Shown piece after piece: positions 1 through 33,770 of a stretch of 64,000 nt of DNA (its first letter is position 1; every line of letters starts with the position of its first letter). The translations under genes and the position numbers were made by a program. The notes under the pieces were generated by a model. That model did not search any database. It was not told the DNA's origin and was given only the letters and a program-made list of their open reading frames with translations. Source of the stretch: the human T2T-CHM13v2.0 reference genome, Homo sapiens; assembly GCF_009914755.1 (NCBI RefSeq), contig NC_060933.1; one strand, 5' to 3'.

Positions 1-2298
<2,298 letters not shown>

Positions 2299-2473
2299 GT
2301 TTGGTTTTCCCCAGGGCCATATGTCAGCTTATTTACCCTCCTCACTTGGTGTCTCCCAGCCTGCCAGCCCATGCTGTTCATCCAGTATCTGCTGAATGGT
2401 GATTACCTATTAAGTGGAACTAACACAAAATTGCTTATCTAAAAGCAATTATTGGTGATTATTTCCTTGCAGT

Positions 2474-2492
2474 GGCCCACTAGAGGGCGCCA
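2474..2492 (+). promoter_or_regulatory. CTCF-binding motif
   Basis: GGCCCACTAGAGGGCGCCA contains CCACTAGAGGGCGC, matching the core CCASYAGRKGGCRS, in a non-Alu gap. Confidence 0.7.
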
Positions 2493-2571
2493 TTGTTAAG
2501 TGTAATTCCAGTAGGTGTTTTGTGTTTTTTTTTTTTTAATGGAATAAACTGAAATCTTTACATGGTACTGA

Positions 2572-3292
<721 letters not shown>

Positions 3293-3467
3293 AGCAATAT
3301 TTATTTCCGATTGTCAGGCATTTGCCAGGCTTTGGATTCTAGTTTTTAAGCCCTTAACAGTATCATTCAGGGCCTATGTTCTCAGGACCTCTTGAGACTG
3401 TGCCTCGGTTTTTAAAAAAAGTATCATTCTACAGTATTATACAGGCATTTTTAAAGTACAGTGCATT

Positions 3468-5592
<2,125 letters not shown>

Positions 5593-5957
5593 ATGGGTAA
5601 ATAAAGCAGAACAAGGGCATTCACAGTTGAAGAATGACACTACAGATCAGAACTAAGATTGTCAGCCAGATAATTTTGTGAGAGAACAAAGCTAAACCAA
5701 ATCACATCTGAATTTATAAATTCCAGTTCTAAATCTACGCACAATTTTTCATGTTTTCCATTCCGTACCTTCCAAGTAACTAATTCCTCTTGAAACCAGT
5801 ATCAAAAATAAGTGTCATCTTTCAATGCGACAGAAATATTTCTAAAATACTTAATATAATAGCTGAATGTACAACACTCATCGTGCAGCTGTTCCTCCGA
5901 TATCAGTAGCAACTTGTGAAAAATCAGTGGTCTCAGATCAACAGGTTTTTGATACTG

Positions 5958-6647
<690 letters not shown>

Positions 6648-7017
6648 TCAGGTGCAGCGCTCTGGGGAGGCGTGGAGAGCCTATAATAGGGACCAAGGTG
6701 CTTTTTAGTCGCAGAACATGGATTATTTGTTAGGTGTGGCTTTGGCACATCTAGGTCATTGGTTCTGCCGACTTGCTAAACCCAACCATCTGGGCATTTT
6801 CTCGGCTAATATAGAGGATGTTTTCATGTGAACACGTGTCCACCTGTGAAATGTTTATAATGTTAAAGGTTCGTTCTGGGGCAAACATCTGATAGCGCCT
6901 GGCAAACCCAACAAATGCCTTTTCTGTAATGAGTAAGCCTCCTAATGCCCAAAGAAACAGTTGAATTCGTTAGCAACATGTCGGATGTTTTCCCTATGTC
7001 TGTATATTTCTTCGCTA

Positions 7018-7322
<305 letters not shown>

Positions 7323-7640
7323 GCTAGTTCTAATATTTATGCTTTTTGGAGGGTGAAGGGCTTGAAAGGCATCAAAAACCTTGGTTTCTAGGAGCGAGCC
7401 AAATTTTCTCCCTTAGAGACTGAAGGAGGTTATCCGACTCCGCTTCCAGGAAAATCCAATCCGCAATTTTTCCCTCGCTTTGGCTCTTCCAGGTCTCACT
7501 ACTCGCGCCGGGGAGACGCGGTCCGGCCTACGCTAGGCCGGCAAGAATCTACCAGGTCCCAGGAGGGCGGGGCCGAGCCCCAGAAGTCGGGGCCCGGGCC
7601 AGGAGTCTTGGTGCAGGCGGACTCGGGCGCGTGCCATGGG

Positions 7641-7665
7641 ACCACAACTCCCGGCACGCACCGCG
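7641..7665 (+). promoter_or_regulatory. ZNF143 (SBS / ACTACAnnTCCC-type) motif
   Basis: ACCACAACTCCCGGCACGCACCGCG closely follows the extended ACTACAANTCCCRGMATGCNNYGCG consensus and lies within the CpG island. Confidence 0.65.
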
Positions 7666-7952
7666 GACTGCGCCGAACACGGTTGGCTGGGAGATCCAAC
7701 CCTACTGCTCCCACCGGCCAATGGGACGGAGGAAAGAGGCCTGACCCGGATTCTCGGAGGCCAATGGCAATACAGAGGAGGCGGGTGCTTCCTTACCACT
7801 CACCTTGCGCTCAGAGAAGCCACATTTAAAAGGTCGTGCCGGGCCGGGCTTTCGCAGGCAGTGGGACCAGAGCCGGGAGGGGCGGCGGTGTCCCGGGAAA
7901 GCGGCTCTTGGGGCATCCGGGTCCCCTCGAGGCGGGCTCCGGACGTCGCCGT

Positions 7953-7972
7953 GGGCGGGGCCGAGGGCGGGG
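7953..7972 (+). promoter_or_regulatory. Tandem Sp/KLF GC boxes, also a canonical G-quadruplex motif
   Basis: GGGCGGGGCCGAGGGCGGGG: two GGGCGG boxes and four runs of at least 3 G. Confidence 0.7.
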
Positions 7973-7999
7973 CCTGGCCTCGTTGTGGAGCGGCTCGTA

Positions 8000-9461
<1,462 letters not shown>

Positions 9462-10945
9462 TAGGCCTTCAAGGAACTTTGAACAACAGTACTTGCGACA
9501 GTTCCTTCCAATTCCACTTAATAAATTTGTTACTGTAGTTATCTCTTAGTGGAACTTTCTTTGTATAAGAAAAAGTTACTTCGTGACTTCGGCTTTATTC
9601 AAAATCTATTTGAGTTGCTTATTTCTTGCCTGATTCCTCTGCTAATTCACTGTTGACCTTGGACAAGCCACTTTACTGTTCCAGGGCTTTAGTTTCCTGA
9701 GGGGCTGGACTTCAGTGGTTTCTTAGGGTCCCTGGTTCTATGATTCTGCTCTAACCGAAGTCGTGGGCTCTTCTGACAAGCATGGATTCTTTACTGCTTT
9801 GTCTACAGAGAGCTTTTATCATATTCTCAAAGTGGTTTGTGTTCCTGAGAAAGTTAAGAATCATAGATACTGGTTGACGCTAATATCCTTGACCTTTTCC
9901 TTCGTAAGTAGGACTTGAAAATACTCACTTTGGAGCCATGTGGGAAAAATCAAGTGGGGAAGCAGCATTCCTTGTGAATTTTAGATAGACAGCTTCTGTC
10001 TTACCTTCCATAAGGAGTAATCTCTTCCTCGTTGATGAAGCTTTCATCCTGTCTTCTCCCTGTTTAGAATGATATTTGGGCCAATAAAGGTTATCTGTGA
10101 CATTTTTATGAACATATTTGGCATTTGAATGCTGCCCGTACATTTTATGTTGTTCATGTCCAGTAATTCTGTGCGAAGTTAAAGCTAAGGGTCGGCTTAC
10201 ACTGATGTCTATAACCAGTTAATTAGGGTTACTGTTTGTACTGTTGCAGCCTGACATTTTTTGGATTGTGTCCTTTATATTAAAAAATCAGTTGAGCCCA
10301 CCTATCCTATAAGCAAACGTATGAAGTGTGCCAGTGGCTTATACTTTGAAATTCATTCAGAAATACCCCAACATTGGGTGACTGCAGTCAACAAAGGCTT
10401 CTGTTGGATGAACTTGCATTTGACAGCTGAAGTTTTACTTTCTTACGGGAAAATATTCACTTCATCTAAATAAATCCGGGTGCTTGGATTTTACTTTGCC
10501 TTGAAACATTAGTTCTATTTTAGCTTTGTTTTTAGGCAGGCAAATATGGTAATGTGTTGTTATGATGGTTCCCAAATTCAGGATTTAAAAAGTGAATTAT
10601 TTACATTTTAACTAGTGATGATCATGCACCTTACATAGTGAAAATTGGAACAGACTTTTTGGAGAGCTTTGGCGGAACTTATCAGAATTTGAAATGTACG
10701 TGCCAATGACCCAGTAATCCCATTCTGGGAAGCTAGTAGAGAAAGCAGTGTAGTTCCCTGTGTGTCCCTGATATCTCTTCAGGGGTTGAGAGGCTAAAAC
10801 TATTTTCTTGTTAATAGAGTACCAAGGTCTTGTCTCTTTTGCTGTGTTGACGTTTGCAGTAATGGTACAAAAGTAAAGCAGGTGTCTTAGCATGATTCAG
10901 GGTTGTGGCACCTAACTATACTTGTAGTCATTGCATTCTTCATGA

Positions 10946-13853
<2,908 letters not shown>

Positions 13854-14195
13854 CTATGGAAAGTCTATCAAGAAGGCACATAGGGATGTTTCTTGCTGAA
13901 GTACTAACACTGAATGATGTCTGTGTTGTGGTGAGTAGAAAAAAAGCAATTTGAAAATCATTATTTATGGTATGGCCCCATTTTTGTAAAACAAAAATAT
14001 CTGTTTATTTGTGTATGTCCAGGAAAAAAAAGTATGGAAGGATTTTACACCGAAATTTTTATCTCTAGGGACTTGGAGCTTTAGGTGGAATCGGAGAAAA
14101 CTTTCTCTTTTTGGTTTGTGTGATGTTCCAAGTGTCTTTTTACAACAAACTTGGGTTATCTTATAATACGAAAAATTCGAAGATTTAAAAACTGA

Positions 14196-14508
14196 GGCCA
14201 GGCACGGTGGCTCATGCCTATAATCCCAGCACTTTGGGAGGTTGACACATGTGGATCACCTGAGGTCAGGAGTTTGAGACCAGCTTGACCAAGAAGGTAA
14301 AACCCTGTCTCTACTAAAAATACAAAAATTAGCTGGGCGTGGTTGCAGGTGCCTGTAGTCCCAGCTACTCGGGAGGCTGAGACAGGAGAGTTGCTTAGAC
14401 CCAGGAGGTCGAGGTTGCAACGAGCTGAGATTGCACGCCACTGCACTCCCAGCCTGGGTGACGGAGTGAGACTCCATCTCAAAATAAATAAATAAATAAA
14501 AATAAAAA
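14196..14508 (+). mobile_element. Alu
   Basis: Full-length dimer; TSD-like TAAAAACTGA. Confidence 0.92.
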
Positions 14509-15024
14509 CTGAATTGATGACAGCCCAACCTGTCACTTTTTTCAGATCCCTTTTTATGAAAGAATTTGCTTAAGTTGTGTCTGAAGACAAACCAATTACT
14601 TTGGACCCTGGGTATTCTTTTTCTAAGGGAATACCATGTTATTTTGTGTTACAGATTGTTTGCGATCTTTCATAGCCTGATCTTTCTAGAGTTGGTTAAT
14701 ATCCATGTAGGTTAGATTGAAAAACTTGAATTCAGAAATGTACGGTGTTGGAGCAGACATGGATCTGGAAGCCAAGAATAGCGTTGGTGTTGTTGTTGAT
14801 GGTGAATCTGAAAGAGTGGGCAGATGGCAACTTTTTGCCAGAATCATTCAGGGTCAAAGGGCTAGTCATATTTACAAGGGAAAAGAGGAAACCATGTTAT
14901 TAAATATTTCATGCACCATATGTTCCTTTCAAATTTCAGTGGCTTGACTAAGAAAATTCACTTTTGGGAGAGTTGGTACAACAATTGAAAGCACTTAGTA
15001 GTCAACTTTTTCCTTAGTGTTTCC

Positions 15025-15874
15025 TTCTTCCTTCAACAAACATTTATTTTATTGAGCACAGACTATGACAGGTCGTGTTGTAGTCACTGATGATATATTT
15101 GTAAACAAAACAATCCCTGCCCTCCTAGAACTTACATTCTAGTGGGAGGAGACACATCATAAATAAGCTAAGTAAATAAAATACAGATATGTTAGTGATA
15201 TGTGCTGAGGAGAAGAATAACATAGAGAAGGGGACAGGGAATGGGGTAGGAGGTGTAATTTTAGTTAGGGTGGCTAGAGAGGCCTGACTGAGAGGGCGGC
15301 ATTTGATTAAAGACCCGAAGGAGGAAGATGAGCAGCAGGCCCTGTTGAAATATGTGAAAGAATTTCAGGCCGAGGGAACCAGGATGCAGAAACCTGAGGC
15401 AGAGCTTGCTAGTTTCAAGGAGCAGCCTAGAGGCCACTGCACCAGAGCAAAGAGCAAAAGGAGAGATGCAGGAGGTAAAATGGAGGGTGGGAAGAGAATG
15501 GCTGAAGGAGAGGGTGGCCTTATTGGCCCATTTCAAGGATTTTGACTTTGATTCATATGATGTGGGAAGGCCTTGGAGAATTTTCCGAGGGGACTATACT
15601 ATCTGATGTATGTTTCAGTATGAAATAGAATCTCTCTGGCTGCTATGATCTGAAGGAGGACAAGGGAGCAGGGATTCCACGGGGGCATTGATTGCACAGA
15701 GCCAGGTAAGAGTGATGATGCTTGGACCAAAGTGGTGGCACTGGGTGGAGGGTCAGAACCGACAAGATTTGCTCTCGGATTAGATGTGGGATATGGGGGT
15801 GTGAGAGGGGCCAAGTGTGACTCTCAGGTTTTCGAACTGAATAACTGGAAGAATAGAGTTGCCTTTTATTGAAA

Positions 15875-15878
<4 letters not shown>
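15025..15878 (-). mobile_element. L2 LINE 3' portion
   Basis: Starts with the reverse-complement L2 tail (TTCAACAAACATTTATT..TTGAGCAC) followed by typical purine-rich antisense L2 sequence. Confidence 0.75.
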
Positions 15879-19150
<3,272 letters not shown>

Positions 19151-19410
19151 CAAGTAAACTGTAAGCTTGTGAATGCAGGTTTCATCTCATTTTCTGTTTC
19201 CCCAGCATAATGCTGAATACATAGGCTCTCCATAAAAAAAATTCTTGATAAGAATGATATTAAATGGACTAAATGAGAAATTAAACTTTTTATTCACTTA
19301 CAAGGAATGAAAGTTCTCAAATAGCTAACTTATTTTCTTATGTATCCTAGGACTTTTTATCTGGTTCTGGGGTTTCTTTCCCAATGAATATACTTATATA
19401 TGTTTATTTT

Positions 19411-20009
19411 ATTTATTTATTTTTGTATTTTTAAAAACCAGAACATTTATTGTGTGGCTAATCTTTGAAATTCTTGGCTGGGCTCGGTGGCTCATGCCTG
19501 TAATCCCAGCACTTTAGGAGGCCAAGATGGGCGGATCACTTGAGCTCAGGAGTTTGAGACCAGCCTGGCCAACATGGTGAAAACCCATCTTTACTTAAAA
19601 ATTAGCCAGGCGTGGTGACGCATACCTGTAATCCCAGCTACCTGGGATTGTGCCACTGCACTCCAGCCTGGGCGACAGAGCGAAACCCTGTCTTTAAAAA
19701 AAAAAAAAAAAAAAAAAAAGCAAATAAATTCTTGAGATGAACTGGATGCTGCAACAGCTGCCCTTTTGGGTTTAGGTGTTGTTCCTTTATGGAAATCCAC
19801 GCCGCTTCATTCGCCCAGTCCCTGTGGCCTTTAGTCTTTTAGCCTTGGCACACCAGTCATACTTCCTCTTGCGCTTGGCGGGGTAGCCACATTTGCCACA
19901 GGTAGACTTCGGAAGGTGTCAGGCCTTAGAGCCACAGTGGCCGCACAACGTGTGCATCATATTGCAACGCTTTTCAAACGATAACGTTCCCTTTGTCATC
20001 TCCCTTCTG
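19411..20009 (-). pseudogene. RPL37P: RPL37 processed pseudogene, interrupted by an Alu at 19476-19720
   Basis: Minus strand from the ATG at 19999 reads [65 protein letters not shown], then a deletion/frameshift, then GTTPKPKRAAVAASSSS (RPL37 C-terminus). It is intronless with an in-frame stop. The 3' UTR with AATAAA and an A-rich tail lies at ~19411-19475. Candidate TSD TGTTTATTTT at 19401-19410 and 20010-20019. Confidence 0.93.
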
Positions 20010-20014
20010 TGTTT

Positions 20015-26820
<6,806 letters not shown>

Positions 26821-28548
26821 CTTTGATCCTAGAAATGAATAATAGAATATAAAGAATTCTTATTGATGAAAGAAAGCTATTTCAGGAAACTTTTTTTTTT
26901 CTGTTAATGATAAAGGCTAAATGATTCCTGTCAATTGTTTCAAATTTTCAACTTTCAAAATACCTGCTGCTTCTTTCCAATTCACCTTTCTCTATTCTTT
27001 TTTTTTTTCCAATTGTATTTTTCTTTGACACTCAGTACTTGTCCCTTGATAGTGGAGACCATGTTTATACATTTTCATGGATCGAACAGTATTTTTTTTT
27101 AACAGACTAGCTACTTAGTGAATACGCAGTTGAATCTACTTGTTTGGCAGGTTCAGGCATTGAACAAGTACTAAGTGCCTGTTCTGTATCAGGTACTGTG
27201 TCAGTCTGGGGTAAGAGAGCCAGGAACAACATAGCCAACAAAAGGCTCTTTGTGTCTAATTTATATTCCTGAGGACCACCACTGGCCATCTGCTTGGGAG
27301 AATGGTTATGGCTTGAATAAACAGTGTGGAATGGGTCCAGGGAACCGGCTGAGGAAAGGGGACATTTACTCAACCTGATCTTCTTTGTTAAGCAGTGGAG
27401 AGACCCCTGGTGGAGCCAGCAGTATCCTTTATCTATAATAGCTTGCTTTTCATCTTTTTTATATCAGTGGCTGCCTGTGGCCTCTCACCAAATCTGGTGG
27501 ACTCATTTTCTCTGTGTATTTAGTTTTTCTCCTGGAAATGACTAACAACTGCTTAAGTCCTTATTCCTTTCTCCAGGTTTCTGGTGCTGCCATAATTTGT
27601 TCTATCCACTTGGGATACTGCTGTAGTGGGAATATTGTCCCTGTTACCATCTTCAGGTTACAAACCTTTTCCCCAGCTTGTGGTAAAATCCCGGGGGTCT
27701 GGTGGATCCCACTCATTTTAGGATGTATATGGGAAGCTAACATTATAGGCACAGTGTTTTTTTTTTTTCACTGTGTCCGTCTGTTCTTCAGAGGAGCAAA
27801 GGCTAGCATGACCTTTAAGTCCTCCTTTAAGAGTACTGAATTTCTGCCAGGAGCGTGGCTTGTTCCTCAAGTGTCGCTAGGTGAATTGTTAATAGCAAGG
27901 AGGGATGAAATTGCGAAATCTTAAAAAGTAGAGAATTCCTTCAGATTTCATTCTTGAGAGGTAGAAAACAGGAAATAGAATTGCTAAACAGAGAAGGGGA
28001 GTGTTTTTAATAGAGATATTTGTATGAGAATAAGAGGATGGAGCCATAATCTGAGGATGCCTGTCTTGTTTGCTCTTTGGCTTAGTTGGATCTTGGGTTG
28101 GTTTACTTCCTGTACAAACTGTGAGTTAGTAGGGACTGAATTTACAGTAATATCTAAACTGATTGGAACCTTCACTTGAACAGAATTGAGTTTTGGCGTG
28201 TTCACTTTTAAGAGAAAGAAACAAAGGCAGCCAACCCAGTATCAAGAGTTTAGTCAAAACAAACAACTCCCAGATTTGCCTTGGTAGTGAATAGATTCAG
28301 CATGTTTGTACTTTCTATTTCTTCAGTATCATATAGTAATTTATTGTTTCATTGGTGATTTTGCAGCATCCTAGGTTGCAAAGAATATCTCTTGTGGATG
28401 TGTAAAGTTAAAAAAAAATTTTTTTTTCTTGTAGCAGGGTCTCAGTGTTACTCAGGATGGTCTTGAATTCCTGGGCTCAGGTGATTCTCCTGCCTCCGCC
28501 TCTCAGGTAGCTGTGAGTACAGGCGTGCACCACTGCGCCTGGCTGTAA

Positions 28549-28773
<225 letters not shown>

Positions 28774-29129
28774 TAGCCAGGATGGTCTCGATCTCCTGAC
28801 TTTGTGATCCGCCCGCCTCGGCCTCCCAAAGTGCTGGGGTTACAGGTGTGAGCCACTACGCCTGGCCTGTAAAGCACTTTCATATACTTTTTTGTGAGGT
28901 CTATGGTATAGGCAGGATACGCATTATTCCTTTCTTTCAGTAGGAAAACTTGTGCTTTGGGTAGTCGTGTTTTTAGGGTTACATTGCTGATTAGTTTTAG
29001 AGCTGTGGTTGAAATCAAGTGTCTCTTGACAGCTTGAGTGTTTTTCAATTGGAAACATTACTTTTTGAGGATAGACTAATGCATTTTGAAAACATTTGCA
29101 TCATTGAAATGAGTGGGGTCTAGCTTTAG

Positions 29130-29708
<579 letters not shown>

Positions 29709-29999
29709 TAGGTTGGTCTTGAATTCCTGGCCTCAAGTGATCTACCCGCCTCAGCCTCCCAAAGCGGTGCGATTACAAGTGTGAGCCACTGCGCCCAGCC
29801 TCTATTGAATATTCTTACCCTTTGGTAGTTGAGTGTTTTGGAATGGCGGTGTGTAACAAACATACCTTATGTATGCTTTTATGATTTATAATTTTATGCT
29901 GTTATGAAATTTTATAATTATAAAATTATTTATAATTTAAAAAATTTATACATTGTCCTACAAGCTTTGTGGCAGTTTTACGATTTATTTTAAAATTAA

Positions 30000-30227
<228 letters not shown>

Positions 30228-30854
30228 TGAACTCCTGACCTCAGGTGATCAGCCTGCCTCAGCCTCCCAAAGTGCTGGGAATACAGGTATGAGCCACTGT
30301 GCTAGGCCTAAATTGAACACTTTTGAATAGATAATACATTTTCTAATTTAAACTACAAAGCTACAGAACAAACATGTATTTTCAGAAGCTTGCTTGCACC
30401 TCTGCCACTCTGTCCTTTTCCTTCTCCTACTCCTCTGGAAAATTTTTTGTGTGTGGTTTTTTTTTTTTATCCTTCCAGTGTTCTTTTTTGCAAATACAAG
30501 CAAATATATATTTATTACACAAAAGATAGCATACAGTATATACCGTTCTGTACCTTCTTTTTTGTTTTTCCCTTAATAGATCCTCAGGATCTCCCCATAT
30601 TGGAATATGTATATCTTCCTTCTTTTTATGGCTGCATTGAATTCCACTATCTTGGAAGTATCATTGGTTTTCCAACCAGTTCCCTTTCTGGACTTTTGGA
30701 GTGTTTCCAGTCTTTAGATATGATAAACAGTGCTTCAGGGGTAACGTTATAGCTGTGGGAGAGATTCCTAAAAGTCGGGGCACTGGGTTTAAGGGTACAT
30801 GCGTTTGTCATTTCTGTTAGTAGATGGATTCTACTTGGTAGATAGCTACCATTT

Positions 30855-30918
30855 TGCGTATGTCTGTGTGTATATATATGTGTATGTGTATATGTGTGTG
30901 TATGCATGTGTGTGCATA

Positions 30919-30935
<17 letters not shown>
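30855..30935. repeat. Imperfect (TG)n/(TA)n microsatellite at an Alu tail
   Basis: Read directly from the sequence. Confidence 0.9.
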
Positions 30936-30954
<19 letters not shown>

Positions 30955-32271
30955 GACAGGGTCTGGCTCTGTTATGCAGGCTGGAGTGCAGTGGCATGAC
31001 CTCGGCTCACTGCAGCTTCAGTCCTCGGGGCTCAAGTGATACTCCTGCCTCAGCCTCTCTAGTAGCTGGAACTATAAATGTATACCACTATGCCTGGCTG
31101 TTTTTTGTATTTTTTGTAGAGATGGGGTTTTGCCATGTTGCCCAGGCTGGTCTTAAACTCCTGGGCTCAAGTGCCTCCTTGGCCTTCCAGAGTGTTGGGA
31201 TTATAGGCATGAGCCACCACACCTGGCCTGTATTAATATAGAGTAATAGAGATCTATATTGGTAGATATTTCCACATTTTCTTCCGTAGACATCATTCTA
31301 GTTTACAGTCCCATCGCTGGTAATACAGAGATTGCCTTCATCCCCAAAGCCTAGCTAAGAGAGTGTATTGTCAAGCTTTGGGACTTTTTCCAATCTGATA
31401 TCTAAGAAATAGTATTTTAGTATGGTTTTAAATGGTAGGTCTTCTGTGAGTGAGGTTGAACATTGTTTTGTTTTGTTTTGTTTTTTGAGACGAAGTTTCG
31501 CTCTTGTTGTCCAGGCTGGAGTGCAGTAGTGTGATCTCGGCCCCACCGCAACCTCCGCCTCCTAGGTTCAAGCAATTCTTCTGCCTCAGCCTCCCAAGTA
31601 GCTGGGATTACAGGCATGTGCCACCACACCCAGCTAATTTTGTATTTTTAGTAGAGACGGGGTTTCTCCATGTTGGTCAGGCTGGTCTCAAACTTCCGAC
31701 CTCAGGTGATCTGCCCACCTCGGCCTCCCAAAGTGCTGGGATTACAGGCGTGAGCCACTGTGCCCGGCCGGTTGAACGTTTTTAACATGTTTAGGGGAGA
31801 TACATACTTATCTTTCTGTGAACCATCTCATCAGGTTCTTTGTGTGGCAGATATTTAAATAGGAAACTATGTAGGGCCTAGTTGATTGCCTATATAGAAT
31901 CCAGTACCCTGTCTATGCCCCTTCACTGCCCAAGCATGTCACAAGGAACTGCCCTATTCCAAGCTCCAGAGGACCTGCTGAGTAGGTGCTTTTCAGGAGC
32001 TTGAAAAGACTGTTTCCAGGTCTACCCCCAGGGGTTAATTTAATTGGTCTGGGGAGAGGCCTAAGTATCAGTTTTTTTGTTTTGTTTTAGTTTTTTAGTA
32101 AGGAGAGACTTTATTGAAAAGGATTTTTGCAAGGAGGGGAAAACGACTGTTGAAATAGGGAGGACACTCTGACCATAAGGAGGTGTGCAGGCATCTTCTT
32201 TTTCAAAAAATGTTTTCAGTTTTAAAATTTAAAAAAAAATTTATTTTATTTATGTATTTATTTTGAGATGA

Positions 32272-32560
<289 letters not shown>

Positions 32561-32695
32561 TAAAGAACCCAGTACCTCAGGTTTAAGGAGCTTTTATGTT
32601 TGGTCCAGACTACGTTTCAGGGAAGCCACAAGCAGAGTTTAAAGCCTGCTGAGCACCGAGCTGGTTCTTGGTGCTAACAGGGCTGAGACTAGTGA

Positions 32696-33177
<482 letters not shown>

Positions 33178-33506
33178 TCAATGCAAAGATACAATCAGAA
33201 CATTGCACAAGGGGGAAAGAAATGTCATGCTAGTGTTTGTATTTTAATTGTCTTTCCTTATTTAGACCAATAGTAGTAACAGGTAACTTGGGTTGCATGC
33301 TTACTAAGTTCCAGGCAGTAGTCGAATAACTTTTAATATTTAATATTCAGAACAATAAGGAAGAAATGAAAACTAAGAACTTACTAGCAATCCGGAGTTT
33401 ATATTTCTTGAAAAGCTCATTACAGGTAGTTGCTGGAATGAGATAGTTTGTGTGCATGAAGAAGAACACACAAAAATATTAAAACATGACATGAGTGATG
33501 GTAATA

Positions 33507-33770
33507 CAGCAGGTCCCCAGATAATGGCCTTTCATTCACTATTGTTTCATTATCATGTTGATGAGAAAAAAAAATCAATTCCCTGCTGGAGCTACTGTCT
33601 ATTTGGAATTTACACATTCTCCAGTGTCCTCGTGGAACTTAACTCTTGTTTATATCAATTACCTTGCCGATTGATGGACAAATCATGGAAAATTGGTTTT
33701 GTTATATGTCATTTTGCTCAAAGCCCCAGTTTCCAAGAACCTATCAATGACATTAAGTGAGAACTTACTG
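33507..33770 (+). mobile_element. MER6-family (Tigger-like) non-autonomous DNA transposon
   Basis: TA|CAGCAGGTCCCCAGATAATG ... CATTAAGTGAGAACTTACTG|TA: imperfect TIRs with TA target duplication. Internal GTTGATGAGAAAAAAAAATCAATTCCC resembles MER6. Confidence 0.7.

Noticed and set aside
5797-5957. 12-bp inverted repeat CAGTATCAAAAA...TTTTTGATACTG suggesting a MITE
   Set aside because: No TA or 8-bp target duplication, and about one such match is expected by chance in a window of this size.
15303-15545. Charged 80-aa ORF resembling a real protein
   Set aside because: Lies within purine-rich antisense L2 sequence.
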